From Octopus sinensis (taxonomy: Eukaryota), in contig NC_043001.1 of NCBI RefSeq assembly GCF_006345805.1, positions 120,404,001-120,468,000 on the forward strand: 64,000 nucleotides of DNA, given 5' to 3'. Position 1 is the first letter of the stretch, and every line of letters starts with the position of its first letter. This document shows positions 1-12,529 of the stretch, piece by piece. The position numbers and the translations under genes are program-made. The notes beneath the pieces are model-generated. The model was not told the DNA's origin, did not search any database, and worked only from the letters and a program-made list of their open reading frames with translations.

Positions 1-189
1 GTTCTAGGTGGATACTCATTATGATTGTGGAGATGAGGTGCGATGATATTTTTCATGGTATGTGTAGTAATCATCTTTGTGCTGCTAAAGGAGACAAAAT
101 TTACTTGTCTCTTTAAAGGCTGGAAAAAAAGCCATACTCTTCGCAGGTCCTTCGGAAATAGTGAGATGAATACCGTTTTCATTACACTT

Positions 190-600
190 AAAGTGTTGAA
201 AAACAACTGCAAAAATATTATGTATTATGAGGGTGAATTACACGGCCATCGTTCTGGAGTAAAAAACAAGGTGTATCGCTCATTGTGGGATCTGCTGAAA
301 GGACACAACATGATTGATGAAGGGAGGAGACGAGGGACTCTCGAGAATGCTTGAGTTGTGGTAGGACAAGGGTGAACTCCGAAAAGCAGAGGATATTGTA
401 GTAGAAGAGTAGATGCAAAGGGTGGAAACCGCACGTCTATGGGTCAGAAATATCAGCATGTTTTGGGGTGAATTCATACCAGTCAGTGAACTAGCCTGGC
501 ATTTTATTGGATGTAACCTAGACATCGAGAGATCTATCACAGCGCATGTTTCTACCTTTGAAAATCCAGAATCTATGTATTGCTCTTCTTATAAGTGCAG
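190..600 (-). mobile_element. Degenerate LINE (Jockey/I/CR1-like) ORF2 C-terminal relic
   Basis: Frame-shifted minus-strand peptides HRRAVSTLC / FYYNILCFSE / SRSHNERYTLFF..WPCNSPS resemble the post-RT LINE motif HRR.V.SL.LFY.YY...CSSEL...RT..Y..SFFPRT..LWNSLP. Confidence 0.5.
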
Positions 601-2176
601 ATAGATATCTTCCAGTCAAGAATAGTTTTCTCATTGTCGAAAACTGTCTTTGGTGTTATACCATTTATTTCCAATTCTGATGTGCATAACATATTTCAGT
701 ATTAATAATCTGCTGTGATGGTTTGCTAGAAGCGGCAGCGCTTCGAGTTCAAATCCGATCCAGGTGCAGTTTGATTTTTATTCAGCGGAAGTCAATTAAA
801 TAAATATTAGACCAAGTAATCGAATCGATATAATTGACTAACAAAAAAATGAAGGTGGTCTCCCAACATCGGTGCAGGGACTGAAACCGGTTAAAGGGGA
901 GGAAAAAACGTTGATATTACCAATGAAAAGAACTACCTCCTTCATCATATCTGTGAATATATGTTATCTTTGCTTGAAGTTTTCTTCTGAAATGAGACGG
1001 TAAATTGCTTATTGGTTCATAGCCTACAGCTCGCATTTTTTGTTCAATAACTTTAATCTGGTAGCTCTTAATGATTAAGCATTGATCTTGAGCAGTTAAA
1101 AATAACTACATTTGTGATATTTTGGCTTTCATATTAGTTCACTTCCTTCATTGTCAGATATTGACAATGAATGAATTGTATTTTCCATTATTATGGCTTA
1201 CTATAACTCTTTGGATATACACAATGACTTTATAGTTTTTTTTCTCTCGGTATATTTAGCTTTCTATTGTTCTATTACATACAGAAAGAAAGTATTTTTT
1301 ATTGTATTTTCCATGGTCTATAAGAATACTAACCAGTTTAATTTTCGATTCTTGAAACTATTTTTCTAGATCAAATAAGGTTATTTTATATTATCTATTT
1401 GTATCAGGCGACTTCCATCACGTGCTTAGGGTAGTGAGCTCAGAATAATGCCAATAGATTTCTTTACCTATCTAGGCTCTTCACTTCATTCTATTTGGAA
1501 ACTGTGTTGTTATTGTTGTTGTTGTGGTTGTTGTGGCGATGGTGGTGGTGGAGGTTTGTGCTACAACTGTTGGTGATTGTGTGTGTGTGTGGAGATGTGA
1601 TAATCGTAGTGTTTTGAGGAAAAAATGGACGTGTTCAAACAGATCCTAGAAAGAAGCGAATAATTATTCTATGCATCCTGAAAAATATGTTTTGGAGGAG
1701 ATGCTTTGGAACATCTCCATTATTCCTCTCTTCATCTTGGGATTGAAAAAAATAAAGTCTGCTGTTGGAAATTTTTCTATATACCTTTTTGTAAATATTT
1801 GCTTGTTGGGATAACAAAATCCTCACCTAGTTCAAACGCCAAACATTTTGAAAAGTCTTCGAACATTTGTAAGCAAGAACATGGATTTAAAAAGCATGAA
1901 ATTGAAAAATGAAAATAAGCAATAACACGTCTTAAACAGACCGTTATTAGCACTACGCAAAAAATAGCAATTTCACACACAAACCAATAAGCGAAGCACT
2001 GTCAAATGTAGTCACCTAACAAAACATAATTCTGAATATGAGATGACTCTCAGAAAAAAAAATGTTGGATCGATAGGTTGCTAAAGTTTCTAATACCTTA
2101 CCTGACGATTTTATTGAAGTAGAAAGAGTACAAACATCTGCCTATCAAAACGTGGGGCAATTTCAATACACCATTG

Positions 2177-2390
2177 AGGCGGCGAGCTGTCAGAATCGTT
2201 AGCAATGGGGAAAATGCTTAGCAGTGTTTCATCTCTCTTTACGTTCTGAGTTCAAATTCCACCGAGGTCGATTTTGCTTTTCATCATTTCGATGTCGATA
2301 AGATAAGTACCAGCTTAGCACTGGAGTCAATATAATCGACTAATTCGCTCTATCGAATGTGCTGGCCTTGTGCCAAAATTTGAAATCAAT
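2177..2390 (+). mobile_element. tRNA-derived SINE family A (Meta-domain-like)
   Basis: GGCGGCGAGCTG.CAGAATCGTTAGC head (A box), GAGTTCAAATTCC B box, then GAGGTCGA.TTTGC.TTTCATC..TTCG..GTCGATAA.ATAAGTACCAG; more than 15 related copies in the window. Confidence 0.85.
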
Positions 2391-3214
2391 TTTAATACAC
2401 CCTCAATTGATCAGATAAACAAAGTACTACTTGATGTGTTGAACATTGTAGCTGTCATCGATCTTGAAAGGGCATTTGAAATTTTATGCCTTATTTTCAA
2501 AACTAAAAACTAGATAAGGCGACAGGCTGAACTGGTATTAATCACACTAGCCTACAAGTCGAGTATAAGATTCACTACCAGAGAGGTAATGATCGTTTAC
2601 AGCACAAAATTGGCACATTCTGAGCACCAACGCAACCAACAAATGACACGCCGATATGTGGAACGTATCTGGACATATAGATTCTAATGATGCTCGAAGA
2701 GTTATTAGAACCTCGGAAGTATGCTACAAAGTATGATACGACTGTTGATGCAAAGCAAATATTAAAAAAATGGAGCTTTGTTTCATTGTTGGAAACCACG
2801 TCCATCCTTATAGGAGAATTTCAAATAATAAAAAACGACATACATACAAATATACATATATGAACACTTATAAGCACCTACATATTCATAATTAGAATAA
2901 ATATTTTCGGAGACACACATTGCACAAATATTCTATTACTGGTTCTATTGTCTAAACATATTAGATGTTATAAGATTAAGTTTGAAATTTTGTTATTTTC
3001 GTCTTCGAGATTCAATGCGATATTTCTTGTCTAAATATACTGTTCAAAATTCAAAGATTTTTATAGCTGTTTTTTTTCATATTCTCATGAATAAGAAATT
3101 GCGTTTATCTTAAACTCTATCTATCATTCCTTCAATATATCTTTCTATCCCTCAGCCTCCCATCTCTCTCTCATTTTCTCTCCCTCTCTCTCACACATAC
3201 ACACACATTACATG

Positions 3215-3216
<2 letters not shown>

Positions 3217-3276
<60 letters not shown>

Positions 3277-3324
3277 TATATCTATATATATACATATATA
3301 TGTATATATATATATTAGTATATA

Positions 3325-3363
<39 letters not shown>

Positions 3364-3404
3364 TATATCTATATATATACATATATATGTATATATATAT
3401 ATTA

Positions 3405-3445
<41 letters not shown>
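3217..3445. repeat. (TA)n microsatellite with an internal ~88-bp duplication
   Basis: TA tract in which GTTTATATCTATATATATACATATATATGTATATATATATATTAG occurs twice; source of the spurious YI ORFs. Confidence 0.95.
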
Positions 3446-3448
<3 letters not shown>

Positions 3449-4057
3449 CGTAATTAATTTACAAACCAATAACGGTAAATTTCAATTTGACGGGAAATGA
3501 AAACCATTGTCTCCGAGATTATTATAATGCTTATGAATAATTACCCAAACGAAAATAGTTTTAGCTGTAGTGTACAAAATATCTTCGGCTAAATTCAGAA
3601 TTTCTTCAACTATTGAACCGTTTCCGATTGTTTTTAATTTCCATCATATTCTTCTGTGAGTATCTTCCATGTCACATGTACTTATAAGGAAACATGCAGA
3701 AAATATTTATTTACATTAAAATATATATATACTAAAGGACATTCTATGATGGGATATATTTTTGTTTTGCTGTAAGAACGATATAAAGTCCATATCGGCT
3801 AGGGTTGAATATAGAACTCCGTGTAGAATGTTGACCCTTTATCTCCAGGATACAGGCTTGGCAAAGGAATTTTTTACGGAGGAAGAGCAGGCATATATCC
3901 AACAAGTCTCCTCTCTTTAGGCCACAATCTTACCCCAACGAATGGCAAAGTTCGAGACAATTTAACCCCAGTGTTCATGCAGGTGAACGTAGGTGCTAAA
4001 GAACTGACATAAATGCATTATATCCAACACTGTAGCGGTTCTACAGAACCACCGCCC

Positions 4058-4197
4058 AGAACTGGTACCTCATTTGTCACCCTCACTAGGATGAAGAGTA
4101 AAGTTAAGCTCAATCATTTGAATTCAGAACGTTGAGAAACGGAACAAATATTCAAGAAATTTTGTCCGATGTGCCAATGATTCTGCCAATACGCCAT
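4058..4197 (-). mobile_element. Degenerate SINE family A copy
   Basis: Reverse-complement match to the family A head and body (ACTGGTAC...GGATGAA...TTGAA.TCAGAACG...GATTCTGCCA). Confidence 0.6.
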
Positions 4198-4459
4198 CAT
4201 ACGAAATCGACTTCAAAGGGCCTCAATCAATGGGATTCGTAGACGTAGCATTAACTCTATCCTTTGATTGCAATGTGCCCTCAGAGTGTATATGATCCCT
4301 GCATCATGAAATTTATGCACCTACCAAATAGTGCCTCGTCAAAGAATTATGTATGTGTTTTACTGAAATTAATACAAAAACGAGGCCTATATCATTAACT
4401 GACACAGGTTATTCAAATATTACATACAATTAGAGTAACTCGTCCTCTATCGAAAGTGT

Positions 4460-5391
4460 TTTGCACCAAGCTGAAGCAATATGTTATCTCAGATTATTTA
4501 CTGAGATGATACCATTATCAAGAACAATGTTCACAAATGGATGAAGAAATTTCATGAAGAGGAAGCCAGCATTGTAGAGAAGCCACGCAGTGGGAGACCA
4601 TTTACTGCAATCATTGACATGATTCACCTGAATGTAAATGAACTGATTTGCTCAGAGATATGTGTTTTAATCCAAGCGTGGGTTGCCGAGCAACTAAATT
4701 GTGATCAAGATGCTTTACAGAAGATGGCGGAAACTGACTGCAAAGTAAATAGTTTGTAAGTTGAAACTATATTTGAAGGAAAGATGGATAGGTGTCTACT
4801 GTGATCTGGTGGAAGTGTTTCAAACTAATAAAAATCGGTCTTTATCCGAACTGTTGAGAAAGAATTAATATTTATGATCCGGAAAAGAAGGCTCAGTCCA
4901 GGGAATGGATCCACAGTCTTCTCCAAAGCCTAAGAATATCAAAAGCTAGCGATCGATCTAGAAGTTCGTGGTGAGTGTTTTGTGGGGGATAAGAAAAGAA
5001 TCATTCTGCTTGATTTTCTAAACCGTGGCTGTATGGTGAAGAGAGAGCGCTACATTGAGAGACTCACAAAGCTATGTAAGATAAGCCATCAGTAGTTGGA
5101 AGAGGCCGAACAATAATCTGCAAACAATCCAAATTCACAATAGTAATGCGTGATCGTACTTAACTTTGGCAACAAATCAGACAATCGACGAAAAGGGTTG
5201 GTCTGTGGTCCCTTATACATCGTACAGTCTGGATCTAGCGTTATTCGAATTTCACCTGTTTAGTCCGATGCTGTATGGTTTGATATGAACAAAGATTTGA
5301 TGTTACAGACAAGGTGAAAGAAATGGGTATAACAGTGCTCAGTTTATAGTTTTCCAAATGCATTGCCGATGCTGAAGACTATGTTGAATAA
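4460..5391 (+). pseudogene. Decayed mariner (DD34D) transposase
   Basis: Fragments KWMKKFHEEEASIVEKPRSGRP, YDPEKKAQSREW, YSLDLALFEFHLF (=YSPDLAPSDFHLF) and C-terminal KCIADAEDYVE* in order, with stops and frameshifts. Confidence 0.85.
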
Positions 5392-5834
5392 TACTTTTTT
5401 TTATAGAGGGAGAGTTACTGTACCAACATTTGCAATTTCAACAACCTGTGCCAGCTGATAAAAGGATTTAACTTCGGCGGAAAACAATGACGGAGAAAAT
5501 GCACAGATAACAAGACTAGAAATCCGTTCTCTTCGCTCGCAGGAAGACGGAGATAAATCACCTTCCTTACAGATGACCTATTATTTCTACACTTCATGTA
5601 AATGGCTTTAAATTGTTTTGTGTGTTAAGTATGTTTCTCTCCTTCGATCAGATGCAGTGGATGGTACAAAGAAAGCCATTATAATAAAAATGATAAACTG
5701 GGATTATAAACATGTTTCCAGTTAGATGTTACATATTATCTGGATGGCAGGATAAACACTTCAGCAAGAATTTCACAAATTGTTTTCTAATGACTCACAA
5801 ATTTTCACTTTTAGACATTTGTAGTTGATACATA

Positions 5835-6230
5835 CTCTCTTTTACTCTCTTACTTGTTTCAGTCATTTGACTGCGAGCAAATCGACCCCAGATCTTATTC
5901 TTTGTAAGCCTAGTACTTATTCTATAGGTTTATTTTTCCGAGCCGCTAAGTTACGGGGACGTAAACACACCAGCATCGGTTGTCAAGGGATGCTGGTAGG
6001 GACAAACAGACACACAAACACACACACACACACGCACACACACATATATATATATATATACACATATACGACGGGCTTCTCCCAGTTTCCGTCTACCAAA
6101 TCCACTCACAAGGCTTTGCTCGGCCCGAGGCTATAGTAGAAGACACTTGCCCAAGGTGCCACGCAGTGGAACTGAACCCGGGACCATGTGGTGGGTAAGC
6201 AAGCTACTTACGACAGCCACTCCTGCGTCT
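5835..6230 (-). mobile_element. tRNA-derived CORE-type SINE family B (octopus OR-like)
   Basis: On the minus strand: GCAGGAGTGGCTGT head, GGTTCAGTTCC B box, CORE-like GGCACCTTGGGCAAGTGTCTTC, internal (TA)/(TG) tract; about 10 copies in the window. Confidence 0.85.
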
Positions 6231-6995
6231 ATGATAGTCATTTTCTTAGGGAGACAGTTTTGACAAAGCAGGTGACATAAGTGCATGATGAAGTAATTTC
6301 TTATGTAATTCCTTCATGAAATATTAAGTTATGAAGGAATTTTATTATAAAGAAATTCCCAGTAAACATGATACATGATTTAAGACGGTGTTACCGTCAA
6401 GAATGAAGTACGATAGACCGAAGTTTTCAATAAGCATTAACCATTATGAGAATATACTTTAGGAATATTGCATTGACATGTTTAACCAGGTATTGTACTA
6501 TTTGTCTGGAATAGGATCCCAGCAATTAACTTAGCAACAGAGAGCAAAGATGATAGTCTATTTGTATGGTTTGCTGAAAAATGCAAGGCTCAGTTAGATC
6601 TAAACAGTCTCAAGCAATACGGAAATGAACATTTTGACGAAACGGCTAAATCACGGAGTGTTCCTTTTCTTATCAACCATTTTATAAATATTGGTATCAT
6701 TTGTATTTCAGTATTATACTACTGCTAAAGCACTATTGCATAACGCTTTGCTTCTAATAATGCGCAATACTATTAAATAGGGACTCCGATATGTGTACTC
6801 TAATGATAGAAATAAGATTTCTTATATTTGCAGAGGGAAAATTTTGATATCCGTAAACTTAGTAAATAATAAATAATTCAATAAATAATATTATATATAT
6901 CAGTTCACCTCTAGTGTCACCTATATTAACTCTTTCGTGTTAACACTCTCCTATATCTAACTCCCTTTCACTTTCTCTCTCCCTTTATACATGGA

Positions 6996-7212
6996 TCCAT
7001 ACATGGATGCATACATACATACATACATACATACATACATACATACTTACATACATACATACTTACATACATACATACACACATACATACATACATACAT
7101 ACATACATACATACATACACACATACATACATACATACATACATACATACATACATACACACATACATACATACATACATATACATACATACATACATAC
7201 ATACATACATAC
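6996..7212. repeat. (TACA)n microsatellite
   Basis: Directly visible; similar tracts near 12830, 16700, 18540, 21185, 22640 and 47300. Confidence 0.95.
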
Positions 7213-7489
7213 GTGTGTCTGTGTAAGTGAGTGTATGTTGTATGATAGCCTCGACGTTTTTTCGATATGTTTTAGGAATTTTGTTGGGAATTGGCACAAA
7301 AGAAATGTTTTATTTCCAATACTTATTCTTGGAACTTTAGGATTTCTTACATCTGATAGCTTTCCACCTTATTATGCAAGTAAAAAGGGGAGAGCGTAAG
7401 TCCCACTTTGCGACGTTGTTGTTTTTTTCTTTTGCAAAAATTCAGTGATTTGAAGTGGGTTTTTTAAAGTTATTACGTGTGAATAGAAA

Positions 7490-9485
7490 AATATGGATTT
7501 CAGCTCAGAAAAGGGTGAAAATGGTAAAGATAACCATCTTCCGACAAAGAAACAAAAATTCATGCTTCCTAAGAAAAATTAATACCATTGATATTTTTGA
7601 GACATGAAACATTTTTACCTGGTTTGCTATCAGTAAATATTACTTTCTGAAACTTATACAGTTGTTACATTATTATGAGTTTAAGACAAATTCAAAAGGC
7701 ATGAAAAGACTGAGAAGCATAAAAGCGCTAAAAATTACATTAAGATAGCAAATTATACTACTTGTGGAAACATAGGTACCTAGATGTTTTGTCACGGGAT
7801 TGGTGAATATTGATACACCTGTTAGTCGTTTCTGACATTGTGAACACAGGGAGTGATTGTACTCTTAATCAGAACTGAGTGAATCCACCTTTGGTGATCC
7901 TTCCATTTATGAACGTGCTTGTCTCGCTCAGATTTCCTGGGATCAGAAGAAACGTAAAGGACAGTATTTCAAGTACACTAACCAAGTACAAGAATTGGCA
8001 GGAATATTAGTAATGTTAGACTTAAAGTTATTAAAATAGCATCGGTACATTTCTAGGATTAATTCATGATTTTTGACTCTTTGTTGAGTTCATCCGCCCA
8101 TATAGAAAATCATTATATAACATTTTGAAAGTTAAGGACACAACTACTTTTGCAGTATATGATTGTATAGATGTCGTTTTTTATTGATTAAATCACCTTT
8201 GAAAGCCAAATATAATACCTTAGCAATAATGCTGGTAATATAATGGGATGTCAAGAAACTCAAATTTTCACCCAATTATGTTTTTGCCAATCATTGCACT
8301 TGTATATTTCTGAAATTTGCATTAAATTACTACGCTATTTAGATGAGATATCTAGAAATATTTTCTTTATATTTCATAAATACTGCTAACTGCCTGAACT
8401 ATGAAGAAGTTTGAAAAATTTACAAATACCAATCCAAAAACATTCTCCATACTAAAGGTACAATATAGTTTCCATTTGAGAAGCTGGTGAAAAAATGTTT
8501 AGCACAATGGCCTGCACCTTTGTGGTTGTTTTTAGCTACTGCCACACCAGATGGTTCAACAATGTTAGAGGCATTACAAAGTCCTATTAAAATATATTCT
8601 GCTAGACATTAATACGTTTTGTTTTAGAATATCACGGAGAAACATTCAGAATTCATTCCATAGTAATGTATAAGTATTTTACAGTAATTTCATCAAACAT
8701 GTGTGTTTGAAACTTAAGAAGAATTAATATGAATAATCCCTAAACAACTCTTAGGGTAGTTGGCAGTTGCCGCGTTACAAATGTAAGCATTCATCTCGAT
8801 AATTCCACAAAAGTTTCTGAAAACAAACTGCAATAATTTCGGCTAATTATTTTAAGAATCTATGTTTGGAGTAGAAAGCAGATACCTCAGCTCATTATAT
8901 TTTATGAATTGTCTGTAAAGTTGGCGTTGGGTCCAGCTACTATTACTGAAGGAAGGTCCCAGGCCAATTATTCTATTAGTTACGAAATTTTGGCACCTAT
9001 TCCATGAAGAATATGATCAAGTTAATAAAGAATGTTGTACCGCAGAATAGAAAATGATCGCAAAATCCTGCTTTCACATATTTTCAGAAAAATGTGTCGA
9101 ATATCGCTTCATTTTATTGCAAAACCTGCTTAATTTACTTTCTTTTATTGCCTCATCCTTCAGCATTTACTGAAATACTTTCGTCCTTAATTAACTAAAA
9201 TAAAGTTTTAAAACTGCACTTCTTTGAAAATATCCGCGTTAAAGTGTATTAACAAGATCTAAATCTCTATTCCAGCATTAATTGTGCAGAAAGATTTACA
9301 AGAGCTTTGTAACAGAATGTTATTTCAGAATCGGTTAATAGAAAAGTTCTCTTTTAATAGAATACAAGGTGAGTTAAATGAAATTTTAAGATGCTTAATA
9401 TTGCTTCACTGAGGTATTTGAAATTTGGAATGTTTTTATATGATTTGTAAAATTTGGTGTTATTACATCAAGATTGGCAACTCTG
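7490..9485 (+). mobile_element. Highly decayed hAT-like DNA transposon
   Basis: Fragments FKRHEKTEKHKSA (zinc-finger-like), SNNAGNIMG (=SDNAS.MMG), CLAQWPA; right end TTGGCAACTCTG resembles a CAGRGTTGCCA-type terminus; left TIR not found. Confidence 0.5.
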
Positions 9486-9721
9486 GTGCTATTCTGTAGG
9501 AACAAAATTTCACATGCTAAAGAAAGTAGTTAATACACCATCAATTTGAATTAGATGTATTTTATTATTTACTTGCATACAGATTCTGTTTCGTTGCCTG
9601 TGGTTTCCTTAATAAAAGTATTGGAAATATGAGCGGCGAAAAGGGAAGTAGTTTAGAGAGAAAAATGAAAGAGCGTGGGAAAGGGGGGGAAAGAAATGGG
9701 AAGAAAAAGAAAAAAAGACTA

Positions 9722-10027
9722 AAGGGAAGAAGAAGAAGAAGAAGAAGAAGAAGAAGGAGGAGGGGAGGAGAAGAAGAAGAAGAAGGAGGAGGAGGAGGGG
9801 AGGAGAAGAGAAGAAAGAAGAAGAAGAAGAAGGAGGAGGAGGAGGAGGAGGAGGAGAAGAAGAAGAAGAAGGAGGAGGAGGAGGAGGAGAAGAAGAAGAA
9901 GGAGGAGGAGGAGGAGGAGAAGGGGGAGGAGGAGAAGGGGGAGGAGAAGAAGAAGAAGAAGAAGAAGAAGAAGAAGAAGAAGAAGAAGAAGAAGAAGAAG
10001 AAGAAGAAGACTAACAACAACAACAAG
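9722..10027. repeat. (GAA)n/(GAG)n purine-rich trinucleotide repeat
   Basis: Directly visible; explains ORFs 9565..10062 and 9629..10099. Confidence 0.95.
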
Positions 10028-10921
10028 AGTGACAAAGGGAAATCACCAAAAGTTACAACCAAAGATGATACCCGCGATATAGGAACGCTGAAGAGTTGAT
10101 TAGACTGGAAATCTTGCCTTCTTTAGAGATTAATATCATATCTTCTAAACTAAGAATATGGACTATAAAGATTTGTTATTTCAAATAAAAGAAAAAATAA
10201 CGGTATGTCTGATTATAAAAGAAATGAACCTAATGCATTAATGATTATAAAGAGTAACTGTACTAAGAATTACTATTATTATAATAATGTTATCCTAGAG
10301 GTATGAAATCAATTAAAGACTATTGAACAATTTTAGAGGAAATTAGTAAAATTGGAATTTTGGTAAATCGAGAGAAGTTGAACTAAAGATGAAGAATGAA
10401 TAACAGATCTTTGGGAAAGTAAGGTAGAATTCAAGTGTATGCTAATAGAGCAATACTGTATACTTACACACTAAATCGATAACCACATACTACACATAGT
10501 ATAGAACATACATACATATATTTGTAAGTGTGTGCTAGTGTGTATGTATAAATGCGTGGGAGAGATAGTGTATGTGTGTGTGTCAAGCAGCTGTTTAGGA
10601 ATGTATCACCAAAACGGAAAACTATGACAGTAGGTATTAGAATACCTAGAATGCTAGAAATAAGAACTAAATTGCTTTGATGCTGCAATCAATGCACATA
10701 ATTGTATATATACACACTTGCAGCGACCCAGCTGATGTGGCTTCGATCTCAAGCCGAAACAGTCAACGGTACAGGGATATCACGACTGCCAATTTCGGTC
10801 GTTTGTGATAGCTGTCAGTATGTTTGTAGGCAAACATGCGCATTGACTACAGCATCAGAGCACTTTAGCTCTTATTTATAGCATTGTAGGTATTCTAACA
10901 TCCTATATATATAATAACAAT

Positions 10922-10957
<36 letters not shown>

Positions 10958-11007
10958 ATTGGAATAATATTTTTCTTTACATGAAACCAAAAGAAACCTT
11001 AATACAC

Positions 11008-11157
11008 AAAGAAATTCTATCCACTAATGCGATGGTGAGCAGTCATTTTCATCGTTCGCTATTTGCATGTATATATATATATATATATATATATACACGC
11101 AAATAGCGAATGAAGAAAATGAGTGCTCAGCATCGCATTGGTGGATAGAATTTCTTT
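11008..11157. repeat. Foldback: ~59-bp imperfect inverted arms around a (TA)n spacer
   Basis: AAAGAAATTCTATCCACTAATGCGATG...TTCGCTATTTGC versus GCAAATAGCGAA...CATCGCATTGGTGGATAGAATTTCTTT. Confidence 0.9.
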
Positions 11158-11165
11158 CTATCATA

Positions 11166-11229
11166 TGGCGTAGTGGTTAATATCGCGGGCTACTGATCCC
11201 AAGATTCCGAGTTCGATTCCAGGCAGTGA

Positions 11230-11309
<80 letters not shown>

Positions 11310-11532
11310 TAATAATAATAATAACAACAACAACAACAACAACAACAACATCGAAAAATACCTTAGGAATGAGAACCCAGGTTCGAAATTCCCCAAGACA
11401 CCTGATGAGTGTTGGAGGGTATATCAGCCGAAACGTTGTGTTAACAACAAACAAGATGAGGACAAACATCCGTCAAATGTAAATAATGTAAATAATGTAC
11501 ACAATTCCTTATCTTTTAAATATAGAACTGTA
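11166..11532 (+). mobile_element. tRNA-headed SINE-like element carrying a hammerhead ribozyme
   Basis: A box TGGCGTAGTGG 11166-11176, B box GAGTTCGATTCC 11209-11220, (AAT)n(AAC)n tract, second B-box-like GGTTCGAAATTCC near 11380, HHR at 11397-11442. Confidence 0.75.
11397..11442 (+). ncRNA. Minimal type I hammerhead ribozyme
   Basis: Stem I GACAC/GTGTT; core CTGATGA; stem II G(T)GTTGG/TCAGCC; GAAA; palindromic helix III ACGT; predicted cleavage after GUU at 11437. Confidence 0.75.
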
Positions 11533-11533
11533 G

Positions 11534-11627
<94 letters not shown>

Positions 11628-11639
11628 GTGTGTGTGTGC

Positions 11640-11805
11640 GTGCGTTAGAGCTTTTTTCAATTTCCGTCTACGAAATCCACTCACAAGGCTTTGGTCGTCC
11701 CGAGGCTATAGTAGAAGACAATTGCCCAAGGTGCCAAGCAGTGGGACTGAAACTGGAATCATGTGATTGGGCTGCAAGCTTCTTACCACACTGTCACGCC
11801 TGTGC
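11640..11805 (-). mobile_element. SINE family B, 3'-truncated
   Basis: TTTCCGTCTAC.AAATCCACTCACAAGGCTTTGGTCG.CCCGAGGCTATAGTAGAAGAC match to family B. Confidence 0.8.
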
Positions 11806-11916
11806 ATATATATATAATCAATTCAAATAAACGGTTCAAGTAATTGAATAAAATTAACGGAGAGCAAGAGGACGTGCACAAGGAGGGTATTAGCTTGACT
11901 CTCGGTAAAAAGCGAG

Positions 11917-11949
11917 TTTGACATTTCAAGCATATCCCTTTGTCAGAAA
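11917..11949 (-). ncRNA. Decayed minimal hammerhead motif
   Basis: TTT-CTGACAA-AGGGATATGCTT-GAAA-TGTC-AAA; two CpG-type changes away from CTGACGA...GAAACGTC. Confidence 0.45.
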
Positions 11950-12477
11950 GGAGAACGGGAAAAGTCCAAAGAAGGAGAAGAAATCGCCAACAGCACGTGT
12001 GTAGTTATAGATATATACATACGAGGGGTTCCTTTCAGTTTCCATGAAACAAATCTCTTCACAACTGCTTTGATTGGTCCGAGGCTATAGTAGAAGGGAC
12101 TGGCGCCGGGTGCCACGCAATGGGACCGCGCCTGTAGCCATGTGCCGACCAACAAGATTCTGTTTGACCAACTGAATTCCGACTGGCCACATTAATTTCC
12201 GTATGACTATATATTTCATAGGCACGTTTACTCTTAACGAAATTATCATTATGTGTCTGCATGAGATGATGCGATAAGTTTGCACCATCGAATTTTAAGT
12301 AAGGTCCAGTGAGAAAGTGACAAAGGAAAAAATTTAGCCCGGTAGGGGACCATTTTATTATCAACCCTGAATATATGAAATGAAAAGTTAATTTCGATCG
12401 GATTTGAACACAAAGCTCACGTTCGAACTTGCACGTCTTTCTATAAGATACACTAACCTAACTGCTCATTTGTCGCC

Positions 12478-12529
<52 letters not shown>

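Noticed and set aside
3191-3500. YI/HT/CV/MYVC repeat ORFs here and throughout the window
   Set aside because: Stop-free microsatellite translations
9565-10099. Long K/E/R-rich and F/S-rich ORFs
   Set aside because: Translations of (GAA)n/(GAG)n; the same applies to 53001-53594 and 51281-51748
11161-11230. Functional tRNA gene
   Set aside because: A and B boxes are present but the acceptor and anticodon stems do not pair properly; treated as a SINE head. The same holds for all SINE A/B/C heads
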